From NCBI GenBank assembly GCA_039208735.1, contig JBCCQY010000002.1:32001-96000 (forward strand): a stretch of 64,000 nt of DNA, written 5' to 3'. Each line of letters opens with the position of its first letter. The first letter of the stretch is position 1. This stretch comes from Myxococcota bacterium. GTDB lineage: Bacteria; Myxococcota_A; UBA796; GCA-2862545. The notes beneath the pieces were generated by a model that made no database searches, was not told the origin of the DNA, and saw only the letters and a list, made by a program, of their open reading frames with translations. Position numbers and translations under genes: made by a program. Of the stretch, positions 49,206-59,079 are shown one piece after another.

Positions 49206-49748
49206 TTACGTCGGAGCGAGGATCATTTGCATCCGCCGACCTTCCATACGGGGATGGCTCTCGATCCGGCTCACGTCGCTCACCGCTTCGGCGATGCGGA
49301 GGCACTGCTCTGCACCGATGTCTCGGTGGGCATGCTCACGACCTCGGAACCACACGACCACCTTGACGAGGTCGCCACGGTCGAGGAAGTCCTTCGCCTT
49401 GCGAATCTTCACCGCCAGGTCGTGCTCATCGGTCTTCGGACGAATCTTCAGTTCTTTGAGCTGACGCTGATGCTGCGACTTCTTGGCCTGCGACTTGGCC
49501 TTTTTCCGGTCGTACTTCATCTTACCGAAGTCTGCGAACTTGCAGACGGGCGGATCCGCATCGGGTGCGACTTCGACCAGGTCGAGCCCGCGCTCGTTTG
49601 CGAGCTGCATGGCGTCGGCCGGCTGGAATTCTCCGAGGCGGTTGCCCTCCTCGTCGATGACCATGACCCGGCGGGCCCGAATGTGCTCATTGACCCGAGG
49701 TCCTTCGACCGGGGGTGGTGTACGGCGTCCACGACGTCGAATACCCAT
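49206..49748 (-). CDS. infC: Translation initiation factor IF-3
   Basis: RVNEHIR, GLDLVEVAP.ADPPVCK, KELKIRPKTDEHD, GDLVKV..FRGRE, PRMEGR. Confidence 0.95.
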   Translation of the reverse strand: MGIRRRGRRTPPPVEGPRVNEHIRARRVMVIDEEGNRLGEFQPADAMQLANERGLDLVEVAPDADPPVCKFADFGKMKYDRKKAKSQAKKSQHQRQLKELKIRPKTDEHDLAVKIRKAKDFLDRGDLVKVVVWFRGREHAHRDIGAEQCLRIAEAVSDVSRIESHPRMEGRRMQMILAPT

Positions 49749-49750
49749 GA

Positions 49751-49840
49751 TTACACCTGCTCCCGGTTGGGAGACTCGAGATTCACTCGTTGGATTGGTT
49801 CTCCTTGCTGAATGAGGTTTACCTTTGACTGTTCCTTCAC
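49751..49840 (-). other. Candidate infC leader ORF (GTG start 49840, or AUC start 49795)
   Basis: Two AAGGAG SDs each 5 nt before in-frame GTG and ATC codons; TAA ends 2 nt before the infC ATG. Confidence 0.45.
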
Positions 49841-49951
49841 GAACACTCCTTGAAGGGGTGGACTAATCACGCCTCTCACCGTACAGCCTTCTTAGAGGCC
49901 CTGGGGTCGGTGTGTGAATGGGCGCCCGCGGGCGGAAGTGCCCGTTCTTTT

Positions 49952-49960
49952 AGTATAGCA
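49952..49960 (-). promoter_or_regulatory. Extended -10 promoter element for infC
   Basis: Minus-strand TGcTATACT about 200 nt upstream of the infC ATG; AACGA-N7-TCGTT inverted repeat adjoins it (49960-49976). Confidence 0.55.
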
Positions 49961-50075
49961 ACGATTCGCATTCGTTACGAGGGCCTATCGGCGGATGCGA
50001 CCTCATCACGACCGAATGCCTTCCTTGACGGATGCTCACCGGACGGACACGTGTGGCTCACGCCCGGGAGGCCCC

Positions 50076-50915
50076 ATGGATCCGTTCGACTCACCCCAAG
50101 CCGAAGGCGGTTTCAAGATCGGCGAGCTTTCGGCCGCCGTTGCCGTTAGCGACGCCATTTCAGGCATGCTGCGGAACGCCCTAGGTTGGTTCCTCGTCAT
50201 GGTCACATTCATGGTGGCCATCTTCATCGGCATTTGCCCCACCGTCGTCGGTTGGATCGTTCTCCTACCTCTGATGACGTGGGGCCTTCAGGCCTACGCG
50301 CTCGAAGCGGTCGACGGAAACGCGAACTACATGACGCTGTTCTCGGGCTGGGAGCAATTCGGCACGATGATGGCGCGCATGTGGGGCCTGTTCATTTTGG
50401 GTGGTTTGGCGTACGGACTGCTCTTCACTCCGCCCTTCGTGCTCATCTCGTACCCCGAACTCCAAATGATGGTCCAAGGCGATTTCGCTGCGTTTGAGCA
50501 GGCGCAAATCATGTTCACCGTCAAGTCGATGGCCGTAGGGCTCCTGATGAGCTTGCTGGCCGTCCGATTCATCCTGGTGTTGCCGTTCGTCGTGGACCAC
50601 GACAAGCCCATCCTCGAGGCCATTTCCGAGAGCTGGCAGCGGACGGGCAGCCATTGGCTCACCCTGATCGGAATCATCTTGCTCTACCAGCTGCTGCTCG
50701 TCCCCGGCCAGGTGCTGAACCTTGGGGCGGCTCAATTCAATACGCAGGCCCAAAGCAACCCTGAAGAACTCGTCGCCGCCCTGCCCTTGGTTTTGGGCGC
50801 TCAGCTCTTCGCGACCGTGCTCAACCTCGTCGTCGCAGTGTTCTTCTCGATGCTGACGGCGAGCGTGTTTCGTCAACTGGCCGGGCCTTCCCCCCAGAAG
50901 GCTGCGGGCGCCTAA
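50076..50915 (+). CDS. Hypothetical integral membrane protein
   Basis: About six hydrophobic helices; PFVVD..ILEAISESW..T motif; GGAGG SD. Confidence 0.75.
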   Translation: MDPFDSPQAEGGFKIGELSAAVAVSDAISGMLRNALGWFLVMVTFMVAIFIGICPTVVGWIVLLPLMTWGLQAYALEAVDGNANYMTLFSGWEQFGTMMARMWGLFILGGLAYGLLFTPPFVLISYPELQMMVQGDFAAFEQAQIMFTVKSMAVGLLMSLLAVRFILVLPFVVDHDKPILEAISESWQRTGSHWLTLIGIILLYQLLLVPGQVLNLGAAQFNTQAQSNPEELVAALPLVLGAQLFATVLNLVVAVFFSMLTASVFRQLAGPSPQKAAGA

Positions 50916-50983
50916 GCGTGTTTTGTGCGGGCAGGTGAAAGCTTCCGCCCGCACCCCCGTTCGGCTGCCGCAAAGGAGGCCGA

Positions 50984-53900
50984 ATGACCCGTGTGCTCGT
51001 CTGGCTCGGACTGCTCGTCGCGTGCTCTGACCGCAGACCTGTTTCCACGACGTCCCCCCCTACGGTCGAGGCGGTGGCCCCTGAAACCGCCCCCAGGGAG
51101 AGCCCCCGCCTCCCCCTCGATTCAGATGCCGCCGCGTTCTTCGATGCGATTGAGCCGGCCTGGGAGCGCGGGGATCAGCGACGTGCGATGCTGCAAGTCG
51201 ACAAGCCGTTGTACCGACCCGGCGAGACGATCTGGTTTCGCCTGTTCGACCTGCGACATCGCACGCTCGATGGTGAGGGGGCCTACCCGGTCACCGCAGA
51301 ACTCATCGACCCCCGTGGGGCGACCGTGTTCTCGAAGCGGCTGCGCAACGACGGTGGGTCGGGCTTCAACGACTTCGAGTTGCCCCCCGGAGTTGCGGGC
51401 GGCCGCTACCTCGTTCGGGTAAGCCAGACCGCCCGCGGCAAGGTGGTCGAGCGACCGGTCATCGTGGCCAGCTTCGAAGCGCCACGGGTCAAGAAGACGC
51501 TCGACTTCGTCCGAAAAGCCTATGGCGAAGGCGACAAGGTTGCGGCCACCGTAAAGGTCGAACGCGCCACTGGCGCCGCACTCGCCAACCATGCCCTCAC
51601 TGCGGTGGTCGACCTCGACGGGCGCGAACTCACCCGTTTCGTGGTGACCACCAATGCGCAGGGCGAGGCTCGAACCACCTTCACCTTGCCCGAGGCGATC
51701 GACTTTGGAGATGGACTTCTCACCGTGCTCGTCGAGGATGGTGGGGTCACCGAGTCCATTTCACGCCCCATTCCCATCGTGCTTTCAAAGGTCGACCTGG
51801 CGCTGTTTCCCGAGGGAGGCGACCGGGTGGCCGGCCTCCCCGGTCGGATCTACCTTCGGGCCCTCACGCCACGGGGCAAACCCGCAGACATCGGAGGTCG
51901 GGTGCTCGACGCAGACGGCAGCGAAATCACCACCTTCCGCACGGTGCGTGACGGGCTCGGCCGCTTTAGCCTGCCGGCCGGCGTGGACGAAGGCACGGTG
52001 GTCATCGACGAGCCTGCGGGCATCACCACGACCCTGCCCCTGCCCGAACCGAAGCCCGATGGATGCGCGATGCACGTCTACGACGACGTGACCTCCATGT
52101 TCTCGGCAATTCGGGTCGGTCTACGGTGCACCGACCCTCTCGCCGCCACCGTGCATGCGATGGTGAGAAACCGCCCCCTCGATGCAGCCACGGTGCAGGT
52201 CGACCCCGGCAAGGAGACGGTGGTTTACCTGCAGCCCGACGACATGGGAGCACGCCAACAAGGCGTCGCCCGCGTCACCCTGTTCGTTGGTGATGTGCCC
52301 GTCGCCGAACGGCTCGTGTATCGAAACCTCGGCGTCGAGCTGAACGTTGCCGTGGAGGCGAAGCCCGGTTCAGCAACCCCGCGGGAGGACATCGCACTCA
52401 CCGTCAAGACCACCGACCCGCAAGGACAACCGATCGCGGCCTCGGTCGGTCTCGCAGTGGTCGACGACACCTTGCTCTCCTACGCCGATGACGAGTTTCC
52501 GCATCTGCTGGCGGCGACTTACCTCACCCCGGATTTGCCCTACGACCTCGAAGCCTACGAACTCAACAGGTACTTCGACCCCGAGACGCCGGACCGTGCG
52601 GTGGCGCTCGACCGCCTTCTCGGCACACACGGCTGGCGTCGGTTCGAATGGAAGAGGCTTACGCACACGCCCTCGTGGCTCGCGGCGCTCGAGACCGAAC
52701 ACGCCCTCGCCGACAACGTCGTCGACATCGCCGAAGTCGAAGCCGAGGAACAAGCCGCGCCGCGTCGCGAGCGTCGCAGGAAACGTCCCATGGCCCCTTT
52801 GCCCGTCGAGGCGCCACCGCCCGAGGCCGAGCCCGTGGGCGATGAATTGCCGATGAGGGACGCAAAGGCGCCCCAGGAGGAGGTAGCGGACGGCGACTTC
52901 GCCTTCGACAAGGCCCTCGAGATGGAGGACGAGGGCAAGCAAAAGATGGAATTCGGCGCGGGGCGTTTCGACGACCGGCTGCGAGCCGCCAACGTCATGA
53001 AATGGTCGGTGGCCCGCGTTTTCCCTGTGCCACCGCCACAGCCTGCCTACGACGGACCGCGGACCGACTTTCGACAAACCATCTTTTGGAAGCCGGATGT
53101 CCAGACCGACGACAATGGCCAGGCCACCGTGCACCTCACGACCTCCGATGCCATCACGAGCTTTCGGGTCGTGGCCGAAGGGGTCGGCGGTGGTGCAGTG
53201 GGGCGAACCGAGCACGTGTTCGAAAACGTCCGTCCCTTCTCGTTGAACATCAAGCTTCCGGTCGCCTTGACCCAGGGAGACCAGCTGCAACTGCCCGTCA
53301 CGCTCGCAAGCGAAGTGAATCGGCCCCTCACGGTCCAGCTGACCCCCACGTTTGGCCCCGGCCTCACCGTGGCGGATCCTTCTCCGCGCCCCGTCGCGCT
53401 CCCTGCGCGAGGTCGCGACACCGTGTGGTTCGACGTCAAGGTTGAAGGCCCGCCCGGGACCACGTCCATCGGCATGGCCGCAATCGGTGGAGGACAATCC
53501 GATGAGATGGTGCGGGACCTCGAAGTCCATTCGCGAGGGTTTCCGCAGACCTTCGAAGCCAGTACCTCGATCGACGACCGCGAAACCTGGACCATCGACC
53601 TGGCCAAGGCGCTGCCCAACAGTGTGACCGCCAGCGTTCGCCTCTATCCTGAGCCCGTCGCCACCCTCACGGAAGGCATGGAAGGGCTGTTGAGGGAACC
53701 CAACGGCTGCTTTGAGCAGACCAGCTCCAGCAATTACCCAAACCTGATGGTACTGCGATACCTCCAGCAGCATGATGTCGCCGACGCGAGCCTGCAAAAA
53801 CGGGCTTCGGAACTCCTCGAGCGCGGCTACGCAAAGCTGGTGGGCTACGAGACCGCCGAACGCGGCTACGAGTGGTTCGGCTCGACCCCCGCGCACGAAG

Positions 53901-55120
53901 CGCTCACGGCCTATGGCCTTGTTGAATTCGTCGACATGCAGGAGGTCTTTGGGGGCGTCGACAGGGCGATGATCGATCGGACACGGGACTACCTGCTGTC
54001 GCGCCGTGACGGGAAAGGTGGGTTTCTGCGAAGCAGTCAGGCCCTCGACTCCTTTGGCCGGGCCCCTGACGACGTGACCGATGCCTACATCCTGTGGTCC
54101 CTCACCCGTGCAGGCACCACCACCAACCTCAATCGGGAGCTGGAGCGCACCCGCGACCTGGCGCGTTCGACGACCGATCCCTACCTCCTCGCGTTGGCCA
54201 CGAACACGCTGTTGAACCTGGAGGACCCGAGCGATGGTCGGGCGGCCCTCAAGCGCTTGCTCGCCCTGCAAGCCGACGATGGGGGATTCCCGGGTGCGAA
54301 AACGTCGATCACGCGTTCGGGAGGCCGTGGCCTCGACATTGAAGCCACGGCCCTTGCGGTGCTCGCCATGATCAAGGGCGACGCTCCCCGGAACGCGCTG
54401 CGCAAGGCCGTGGCATTCCTCAACGAGGCCCGGGGCGGCTACGGCGCGTTTGGGTCCACCCAAGCCACCGTGTTGGCACTCGATGCTCTGACGGCCTACG
54501 CGAGCGCGAGTCGGGCCACCCGCGCCCCGAGTCGGACCACGGTGCGCCTCAACGACGAGGTGGTGGGCACCCACGACACGCCGGCGAACTTCCGAGGCGC
54601 CATCGAGTTCACCGACTTCGCCTCGGCGTTTGAATTGGGGTCGAACACCCTGGTCGTCGATCACGAAGGCGAATCCATGCCGCTGTCGGTGGTCGTGGAC
54701 TACCGCACCGTCGAACCTGCGTCGGCGGACGAAGGAACCGTCGACGTCACAACCCGGCTCGACAAAGCGCGGGTGGCCATGGGTGAAACCCTTCGACTCA
54801 CCGCACGAATCGAGAATCGAACCGCGGAAGGACAACCGATGGCACTCGCTCGAATCGGGCTGCCCGGGGGTCTGACCGCGGCCGGCTGGCAGCTCGAGGA
54901 CCTCCGCAAGCAAGGCACCGTCGACTTCTACGAGACCACGCCTCGCGAGGTGGTGCTCTACTTCCGCGATCTCGGGCCCCGAGAAGCCTTCGAGGTCGGC
55001 CTCGATCTCACCGCGGAGGTCCCCGGCACCTACGAGGGGCCCGCTTCGCAAGGCTACCTCTACTACACCAACGAACTGCGCCGATACGCCGCTGGTCTCG
55101 AGGTGACGATCACTCGGTGA
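50984..55120 (+). CDS. Alpha-2-macroglobulin family thioester lipoprotein
   Basis: Lipobox LVAC; DKPLYRPGE (MG2), RTDFRQTIFW, SDAITSF, EPNGCFEQ thioester, FGSTQATV, YLYY. Confidence 0.9.
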   Translation: MTRVLVWLGLLVACSDRRPVSTTSPPTVEAVAPETAPRESPRLPLDSDAAAFFDAIEPAWERGDQRRAMLQVDKPLYRPGETIWFRLFDLRHRTLDGEGAYPVTAELIDPRGATVFSKRLRNDGGSGFNDFELPPGVAGGRYLVRVSQTARGKVVERPVIVASFEAPRVKKTLDFVRKAYGEGDKVAATVKVERATGAALANHALTAVVDLDGRELTRFVVTTNAQGEARTTFTLPEAIDFGDGLLTVLVEDGGVTESISRPIPIVLSKVDLALFPEGGDRVAGLPGRIYLRALTPRGKPADIGGRVLDADGSEITTFRTVRDGLGRFSLPAGVDEGTVVIDEPAGITTTLPLPEPKPDGCAMHVYDDVTSMFSAIRVGLRCTDPLAATVHAMVRNRPLDAATVQVDPGKETVVYLQPDDMGARQQGVARVTLFVGDVPVAERLVYRNLGVELNVAVEAKPGSATPREDIALTVKTTDPQGQPIAASVGLAVVDDTLLSYADDEFPHLLAATYLTPDLPYDLEAYELNRYFDPETPDRAVALDRLLGTHGWRRFEWKRLTHTPSWLAALETEHALADNVVDIAEVEAEEQAAPRRERRRKRPMAPLPVEAPPPEAEPVGDELPMRDAKAPQEEVADGDFAFDKALEMEDEGKQKMEFGAGRFDDRLRAANVMKWSVARVFPVPPPQPAYDGPRTDFRQTIFWKPDVQTDDNGQATVHLTTSDAITSFRVVAEGVGGGAVGRTEHVFENVRPFSLNIKLPVALTQGDQLQLPVTLASEVNRPLTVQLTPTFGPGLTVADPSPRPVALPARGRDTVWFDVKVEGPPGTTSIGMAAIGGGQSDEMVRDLEVHSRGFPQTFEASTSIDDRETWTIDLAKALPNSVTASVRLYPEPVATLTEGMEGLLREPNGCFEQTSSSNYPNLMVLRYLQQHDVADASLQKRASELLERGYAKLVGYETAERGYEWFGSTPAHEALTAYGLVEFVDMQEVFGGVDRAMIDRTRDYLLSRRDGKGGFLRSSQALDSFGRAPDDVTDAYILWSLTRAGTTTNLNRELERTRDLARSTTDPYLLALATNTLLNLEDPSDGRAALKRLLALQADDGGFPGAKTSITRSGGRGLDIEATALAVLAMIKGDAPRNALRKAVAFLNEARGGYGAFGSTQATVLALDALTAYASASRATRAPSRTTVRLNDEVVGTHDTPANFRGAIEFTDFASAFELGSNTLVVDHEGESMPLSVVVDYRTVEPASADEGTVDVTTRLDKARVAMGETLRLTARIENRTAEGQPMALARIGLPGGLTAAGWQLEDLRKQGTVDFYETTPREVVLYFRDLGPREAFEVGLDLTAEVPGTYEGPASQGYLYYTNELRRYAAGLEVTITR

Positions 55121-55172
55121 CCGAACGGGTGCGGAGCGCGCTATCCCCTCTGCAACGTGCGAGGGGGATGGC

Positions 55173-56723
55173 ATGTCCGTCGATACCGTCGAGGCATTAA
55201 TCACAGAGCACGAGCTGCGGGTGGACTTCGGAGCCGACGTGCTCGCCGAGGCAGACGCTCACGAGGCCTCACCGGGCCTCGACGACCCGACCCTTGAAGA
55301 CCTCACGGGGTTGCCGTTCGCCACCATCGATGAGGTCACCTCCCGCGACCTCGATCAGGCCCTCTACGTCGAGGCTGACGCGGCGACGGGGGACTTCGTG
55401 GCCTGGTACGCCATCGCAGACGCCGCGCACTACGTGCCGGTGGGCTCGGCCACGTTCCGCGAAGCGCTGTTGCGTGGCGCCACGTACTACTTCCCTGGGC
55501 GCAACGTCCCCATGCTCCCTCGCACCCTGTCCGAAGGGATCGTGAGTTTGAACCCTGCGGTTCATCGGCGCGCCCTCGTGTGGCGAATGGCTGTGGCCAC
55601 CGATGGCCACTGCACCACCACGACGCTCCATCGAGCGCGGATTCGTTCGAGAGCAAAACTCGACTATGACGGAGTACAGGCTTGGTTTGACGGCCAACGG
55701 CCCGACCCCACGGACGACCCCGAGGTCCTTGCTTCGCTTCGGGCTCTCGCCCAGTTTGGCGAGTGCCGACTCGCGGTCGCGGAGACCCGGGGGGTCGTGC
55801 AAATCCGGCGACGGGAGGTCACGGTGGGCCTCGGCGACGCAGGCCTGCGCTTTGTGGCCCAGGGCGACGAGCGCAACGACGTCGAACGCTTCAACGAACA
55901 GCTGTCGCTGTTGTGCAACATCGAAGGCGCCCGGCGGCTCGAAGAGGCCGAGCAGCGACTGCCCGAACTGGTTCAACCCATCTTTCGGGTGCACCGTCCG
56001 CCCAACGAAGACCTTCTCGACCGCCTCGCGGCCCAGCTCAAAACCCTGTGCGCTCACCATGATCTTCCGGTGGCCCAGTGGGTGTGGTCGCCAGACGAGG
56101 GACCGAGCCTCGCCAAGTTCCTCGATCGGTTGCCCGTCGAGCAACGCGTGTCCCAGGTGGTGCATCGCCAGGTCGTGATGATGAACCGGGCCGCAACCTT
56201 CGAGACCGAACCGGGGCCTCATCATGGGGTGGGTGCGTCTCGCTACGGACGGTTCTCGGCGCCCATGCGCGAGGTCGTAGGGGTGTTCCTACATCAGGAA
56301 CTCGCCGAGGCTGCCCGGGCCAAGCGATCCCCGCTGCCTGCGAACTTCGCCACCCCTGAAGCACTGCAACAGGCGGTGATCGACGCGGCCACAACCTCGC
56401 GTCAGCGCCAACGGACGATCGACCGCCAGCTCAATCGAGCGGCCCTCGACCAGATTTTCACGGATGCCACAACCCCCTTGCCCGCGACCGTGATGGGCGT
56501 GTCCCGGGGCCGCGTGCACGTCCAACTCGACGAACCCCCGATCGACGCCAAGGTCTATTTCCGTCACCTTTCGGACCGCCACGGTCCCCTCACCGCCGAT
56601 GCCCTCGGCATGGCGGCACATCGCGCAGACGGCACTCCGCTCGTAGTGGCAGGGGACTCTGTGCAGGTCCGCGTTCTGGGCCGAGATGCGGAAACGGACC
56701 GATGGGCCCTGGACCTCGGGTAG
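55173..56723 (+). CDS. RNB-domain exoribonuclease (RNase II/R family, lacking N-terminal cold-shock domains)
   Basis: TIDEVTSRDLDQA, AIADA, RGATYY, PMLP..LS..SL.P, IFRVH, H.GVG..YGRFSAPMR. Confidence 0.82.
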   Translation: MSVDTVEALITEHELRVDFGADVLAEADAHEASPGLDDPTLEDLTGLPFATIDEVTSRDLDQALYVEADAATGDFVAWYAIADAAHYVPVGSATFREALLRGATYYFPGRNVPMLPRTLSEGIVSLNPAVHRRALVWRMAVATDGHCTTTTLHRARIRSRAKLDYDGVQAWFDGQRPDPTDDPEVLASLRALAQFGECRLAVAETRGVVQIRRREVTVGLGDAGLRFVAQGDERNDVERFNEQLSLLCNIEGARRLEEAEQRLPELVQPIFRVHRPPNEDLLDRLAAQLKTLCAHHDLPVAQWVWSPDEGPSLAKFLDRLPVEQRVSQVVHRQVVMMNRAATFETEPGPHHGVGASRYGRFSAPMREVVGVFLHQELAEAARAKRSPLPANFATPEALQQAVIDAATTSRQRQRTIDRQLNRAALDQIFTDATTPLPATVMGVSRGRVHVQLDEPPIDAKVYFRHLSDRHGPLTADALGMAAHRADGTPLVVAGDSVQVRVLGRDAETDRWALDLG

Positions 56724-56775
56724 CAAGAACGCCCATCCAACGGCATAGTGAAGCGACGATTGGAAGGAGGACCTC

Positions 56776-58077
56776 GTGATCGGCTGGCAGTTGTTGGCAT
56801 TCGCGTGCTCGAAGCCCCCACCGGAGCCCGTCGACGCCTCGTCGATGGAAGCGGCTCTCAGTGATGAGTTTCTAGGTCCCGTGACCGTCACCTGGGACCA
56901 ACCTGAGGCCGCCGATGTCCAGATTCAATACCAGGTAAATGGGCGCTGGCTGTCCTCACCAGTGCGCAGCGTCAGGGCCGGTGAACAGTCCATGACCATC
57001 GTGGGCATTCCGCTCGGCGAAACCGCTTCGTGGCGAGTGTTCATCGACCATCCGCGCGAGCCCGTGCTCGTCGAAGCTCCCGAGCCCATCGTGAGCGCTC
57101 CGTTGCCCAAATCCTTCCCGCCGCTGAAAATCGACATCGAAGATGATCTGCGGCGCGACGACTACATCCTTACGAGCGTCAATGAGCGCAACTGTGGTTG
57201 GTGCAGCGGTCCGTACTGGACGTTCATCACGAACCGCGAAGGTCAGGTCGTCTGGGCCACGCGCACGGGAACCGGCGAATGGACTCTGTTCAGCCAGGTT
57301 TCGGTCCGTGGCGACCACATCATCTACGACGTCCTCTCCGAGCCGTCGTTCGCCGTGCGCACCTACCTCGATGAATCGATCGAGGAAATCGGCATGGCAG
57401 GCCACCACCACGGATTCATCGAGCTGCCCGATGGCACGTTGGCGTGGGGCGAGCACCAGTCCGGAGCGTTCACCGAGCAGATCGTCGAGCGGGCGCCCGG
57501 CTCGGATGAAACCCGCACCGTGTGGAGCTGCTCCGATTGGCCGCAGGTCCAAGGTTGTCGCAGCAATGCGCTGGAGTACGACGCGGAACGCGACGTTTAC
57601 TGGTTTTCGTTCTACACGCTGAATGCGGTGGCCGAAGTCGACCGCTCGACCGGCGACCTAGTGGGTTTCTCGGACCTTCGCCGCCCCGGCCCTCAGATCG
57701 CCAACGAATATGTGTTCTCGCCCGAGAACTCGATCTTCACGTGGCAACATGGCCCACGAGTGTTGCCTAACGGCAATATGCTCATCTCAACCGATGATAC
57801 GTCACGTACCACGACGAAAATCAGCGAATATGAACTCGACCGCGATTCGGGCGTGTTCACCGAAGTCTGGTCTTACGATCCCGGCGTCCTCGCGCGCTTT
57901 AACGGCGACGTGCTGCGGCTTGAAAACGGCAACTCGATGCATGGGCTCGGGGCGGCGGGTATCGCCTACGAGGTCAATGACGAAGGCCAGGAAGTCTGGC
58001 GGATGTCGTTCCCCGATGGGCATCAGGTCGGTCGTCTCGCGGTCATCGAGGACCTCTACACGCTCGTCGCACCGTAG
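56776..58077 (+). CDS. Arylsulfotransferase-like beta-propeller lipoprotein
   Basis: Lipobox AFAC; HHHGFIELPDG, SNAL.YD, WQHG, RLENGN; GGAGG SD. Confidence 0.6.
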   Translation: MIGWQLLAFACSKPPPEPVDASSMEAALSDEFLGPVTVTWDQPEAADVQIQYQVNGRWLSSPVRSVRAGEQSMTIVGIPLGETASWRVFIDHPREPVLVEAPEPIVSAPLPKSFPPLKIDIEDDLRRDDYILTSVNERNCGWCSGPYWTFITNREGQVVWATRTGTGEWTLFSQVSVRGDHIIYDVLSEPSFAVRTYLDESIEEIGMAGHHHGFIELPDGTLAWGEHQSGAFTEQIVERAPGSDETRTVWSCSDWPQVQGCRSNALEYDAERDVYWFSFYTLNAVAEVDRSTGDLVGFSDLRRPGPQIANEYVFSPENSIFTWQHGPRVLPNGNMLISTDDTSRTTTKISEYELDRDSGVFTEVWSYDPGVLARFNGDVLRLENGNSMHGLGAAGIAYEVNDEGQEVWRMSFPDGHQVGRLAVIEDLYTLVAP

Positions 58078-58080
58078 CGA

Positions 58081-59079
58081 TCAGGCCCCGTAGAGGGCGA
58101 ACGTCCCAAGCCAGTGGTCTCCTGCGTAGTGGCCGGAGAACAATGCCGACATCGCCGCTTCCCGGTGAGCCGCGGCGCTGGTCTGCCACTCCGAGGCCTG
58201 GGGATGGGCGGAGCGATGGGCGGCCAGCGCCCGGAGTTCCCAGGCTCGGGACAGGTCGAGCCCCACGAGGTGGGCCAACCAACCGTCGGTCGGATCAAGT
58301 TCGCGAATCGGCATGAGCGTGTGAGCGGCTGGAGGTCCATACCGCTCAAGCCACCCATCGAACGCCTCAGGCTCGAGCACCCGCCGCATCACACCGATGG
58401 CGGTCAGCCCAGCCGACAGGAAATCATAAGCCGAGGGCTCGTACGCCCAGGGGTAGTTCACGTCTTCCCCGAAGAATCGGATCGCGTGCTCGGTGATCAA
58501 GGGCCGGAGATCGGGTCGACCGCAGTCCGGAGCGGCATCCCAAAAGAGTTCAAGGGCGAAGCCAGAATTGCGGTGCGTGCCCGTGCGAATCGGGCCCAAT
58601 TGCCCCGCGAGCCGAGGTCCGATGCGGTCCGCCAGCAAATCGATGAGGGGACGCAGCGCCTCGCCCGCTCCAGTCAGCCCCGGATCCGAACTCTGGGACA
58701 GCTCGGCGGCCAACATGAACAGCCACGCCCATCCATACGGCCACTCGAACCCTTTGCGAGCGGGATGCTCAAAGTACGCCTGTTCCACCGCGACCCGTTC
58801 CGGGGTGAGCGACGTCACGAGGTGCATCCGAGCGTCGTGAGCCGTGCGCGCATCGAGCAGGCCCCGGTTGGTGAGGCGAGCCAGCGTCCAATGGGCGTGA
58901 ACCGCCGAATGCCAGTCGTAGCAACCGTGAAAAATGGGGTGCCAGACCTTGGGGGGAGCCCCATCATCGGGCCCCGTCCACACATGACCCGGCTGGTAGG
59001 GCCAGGCCCGGGTAATCCCATCGAGGGCGGTGACCGCAATGCGGCGTGCAAGGTCCAAAGGCATCGGAATCGCGGTCAT
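58081..59079 (-). CDS. DUF2891 family protein
   Basis: HPIFHGCYDWHSAVHAHW, FEWPYGWAW, IRTGTH.N, EPS..DFLS, HLVGL.LSRAW, YAGDHWLGTFA. Confidence 0.88.
   Translation of the reverse strand: MTAIPMPLDLARRIAVTALDGITRAWPYQPGHVWTGPDDGAPPKVWHPIFHGCYDWHSAVHAHWTLARLTNRGLLDARTAHDARMHLVTSLTPERVAVEQAYFEHPARKGFEWPYGWAWLFMLAAELSQSSDPGLTGAGEALRPLIDLLADRIGPRLAGQLGPIRTGTHRNSGFALELFWDAAPDCGRPDLRPLITEHAIRFFGEDVNYPWAYEPSAYDFLSAGLTAIGVMRRVLEPEAFDGWLERYGPPAAHTLMPIRELDPTDGWLAHLVGLDLSRAWELRALAAHRSAHPQASEWQTSAAAHREAAMSALFSGHYAGDHWLGTFALYGA

Noticed and set aside
50925..50954. Intrinsic terminator GTGCGGGC/GCCCGCAC
   Set aside because: The stem is present but there is no downstream U-tract on either strand
52370..55204. 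944-aa antisense ORF and other long shadow ORFs (e.g. 19454-21145, 27899-29329, 39077-40510)
   Set aside because: They lie opposite well-supported genes, as expected from high-GC codon bias, and have no motifs
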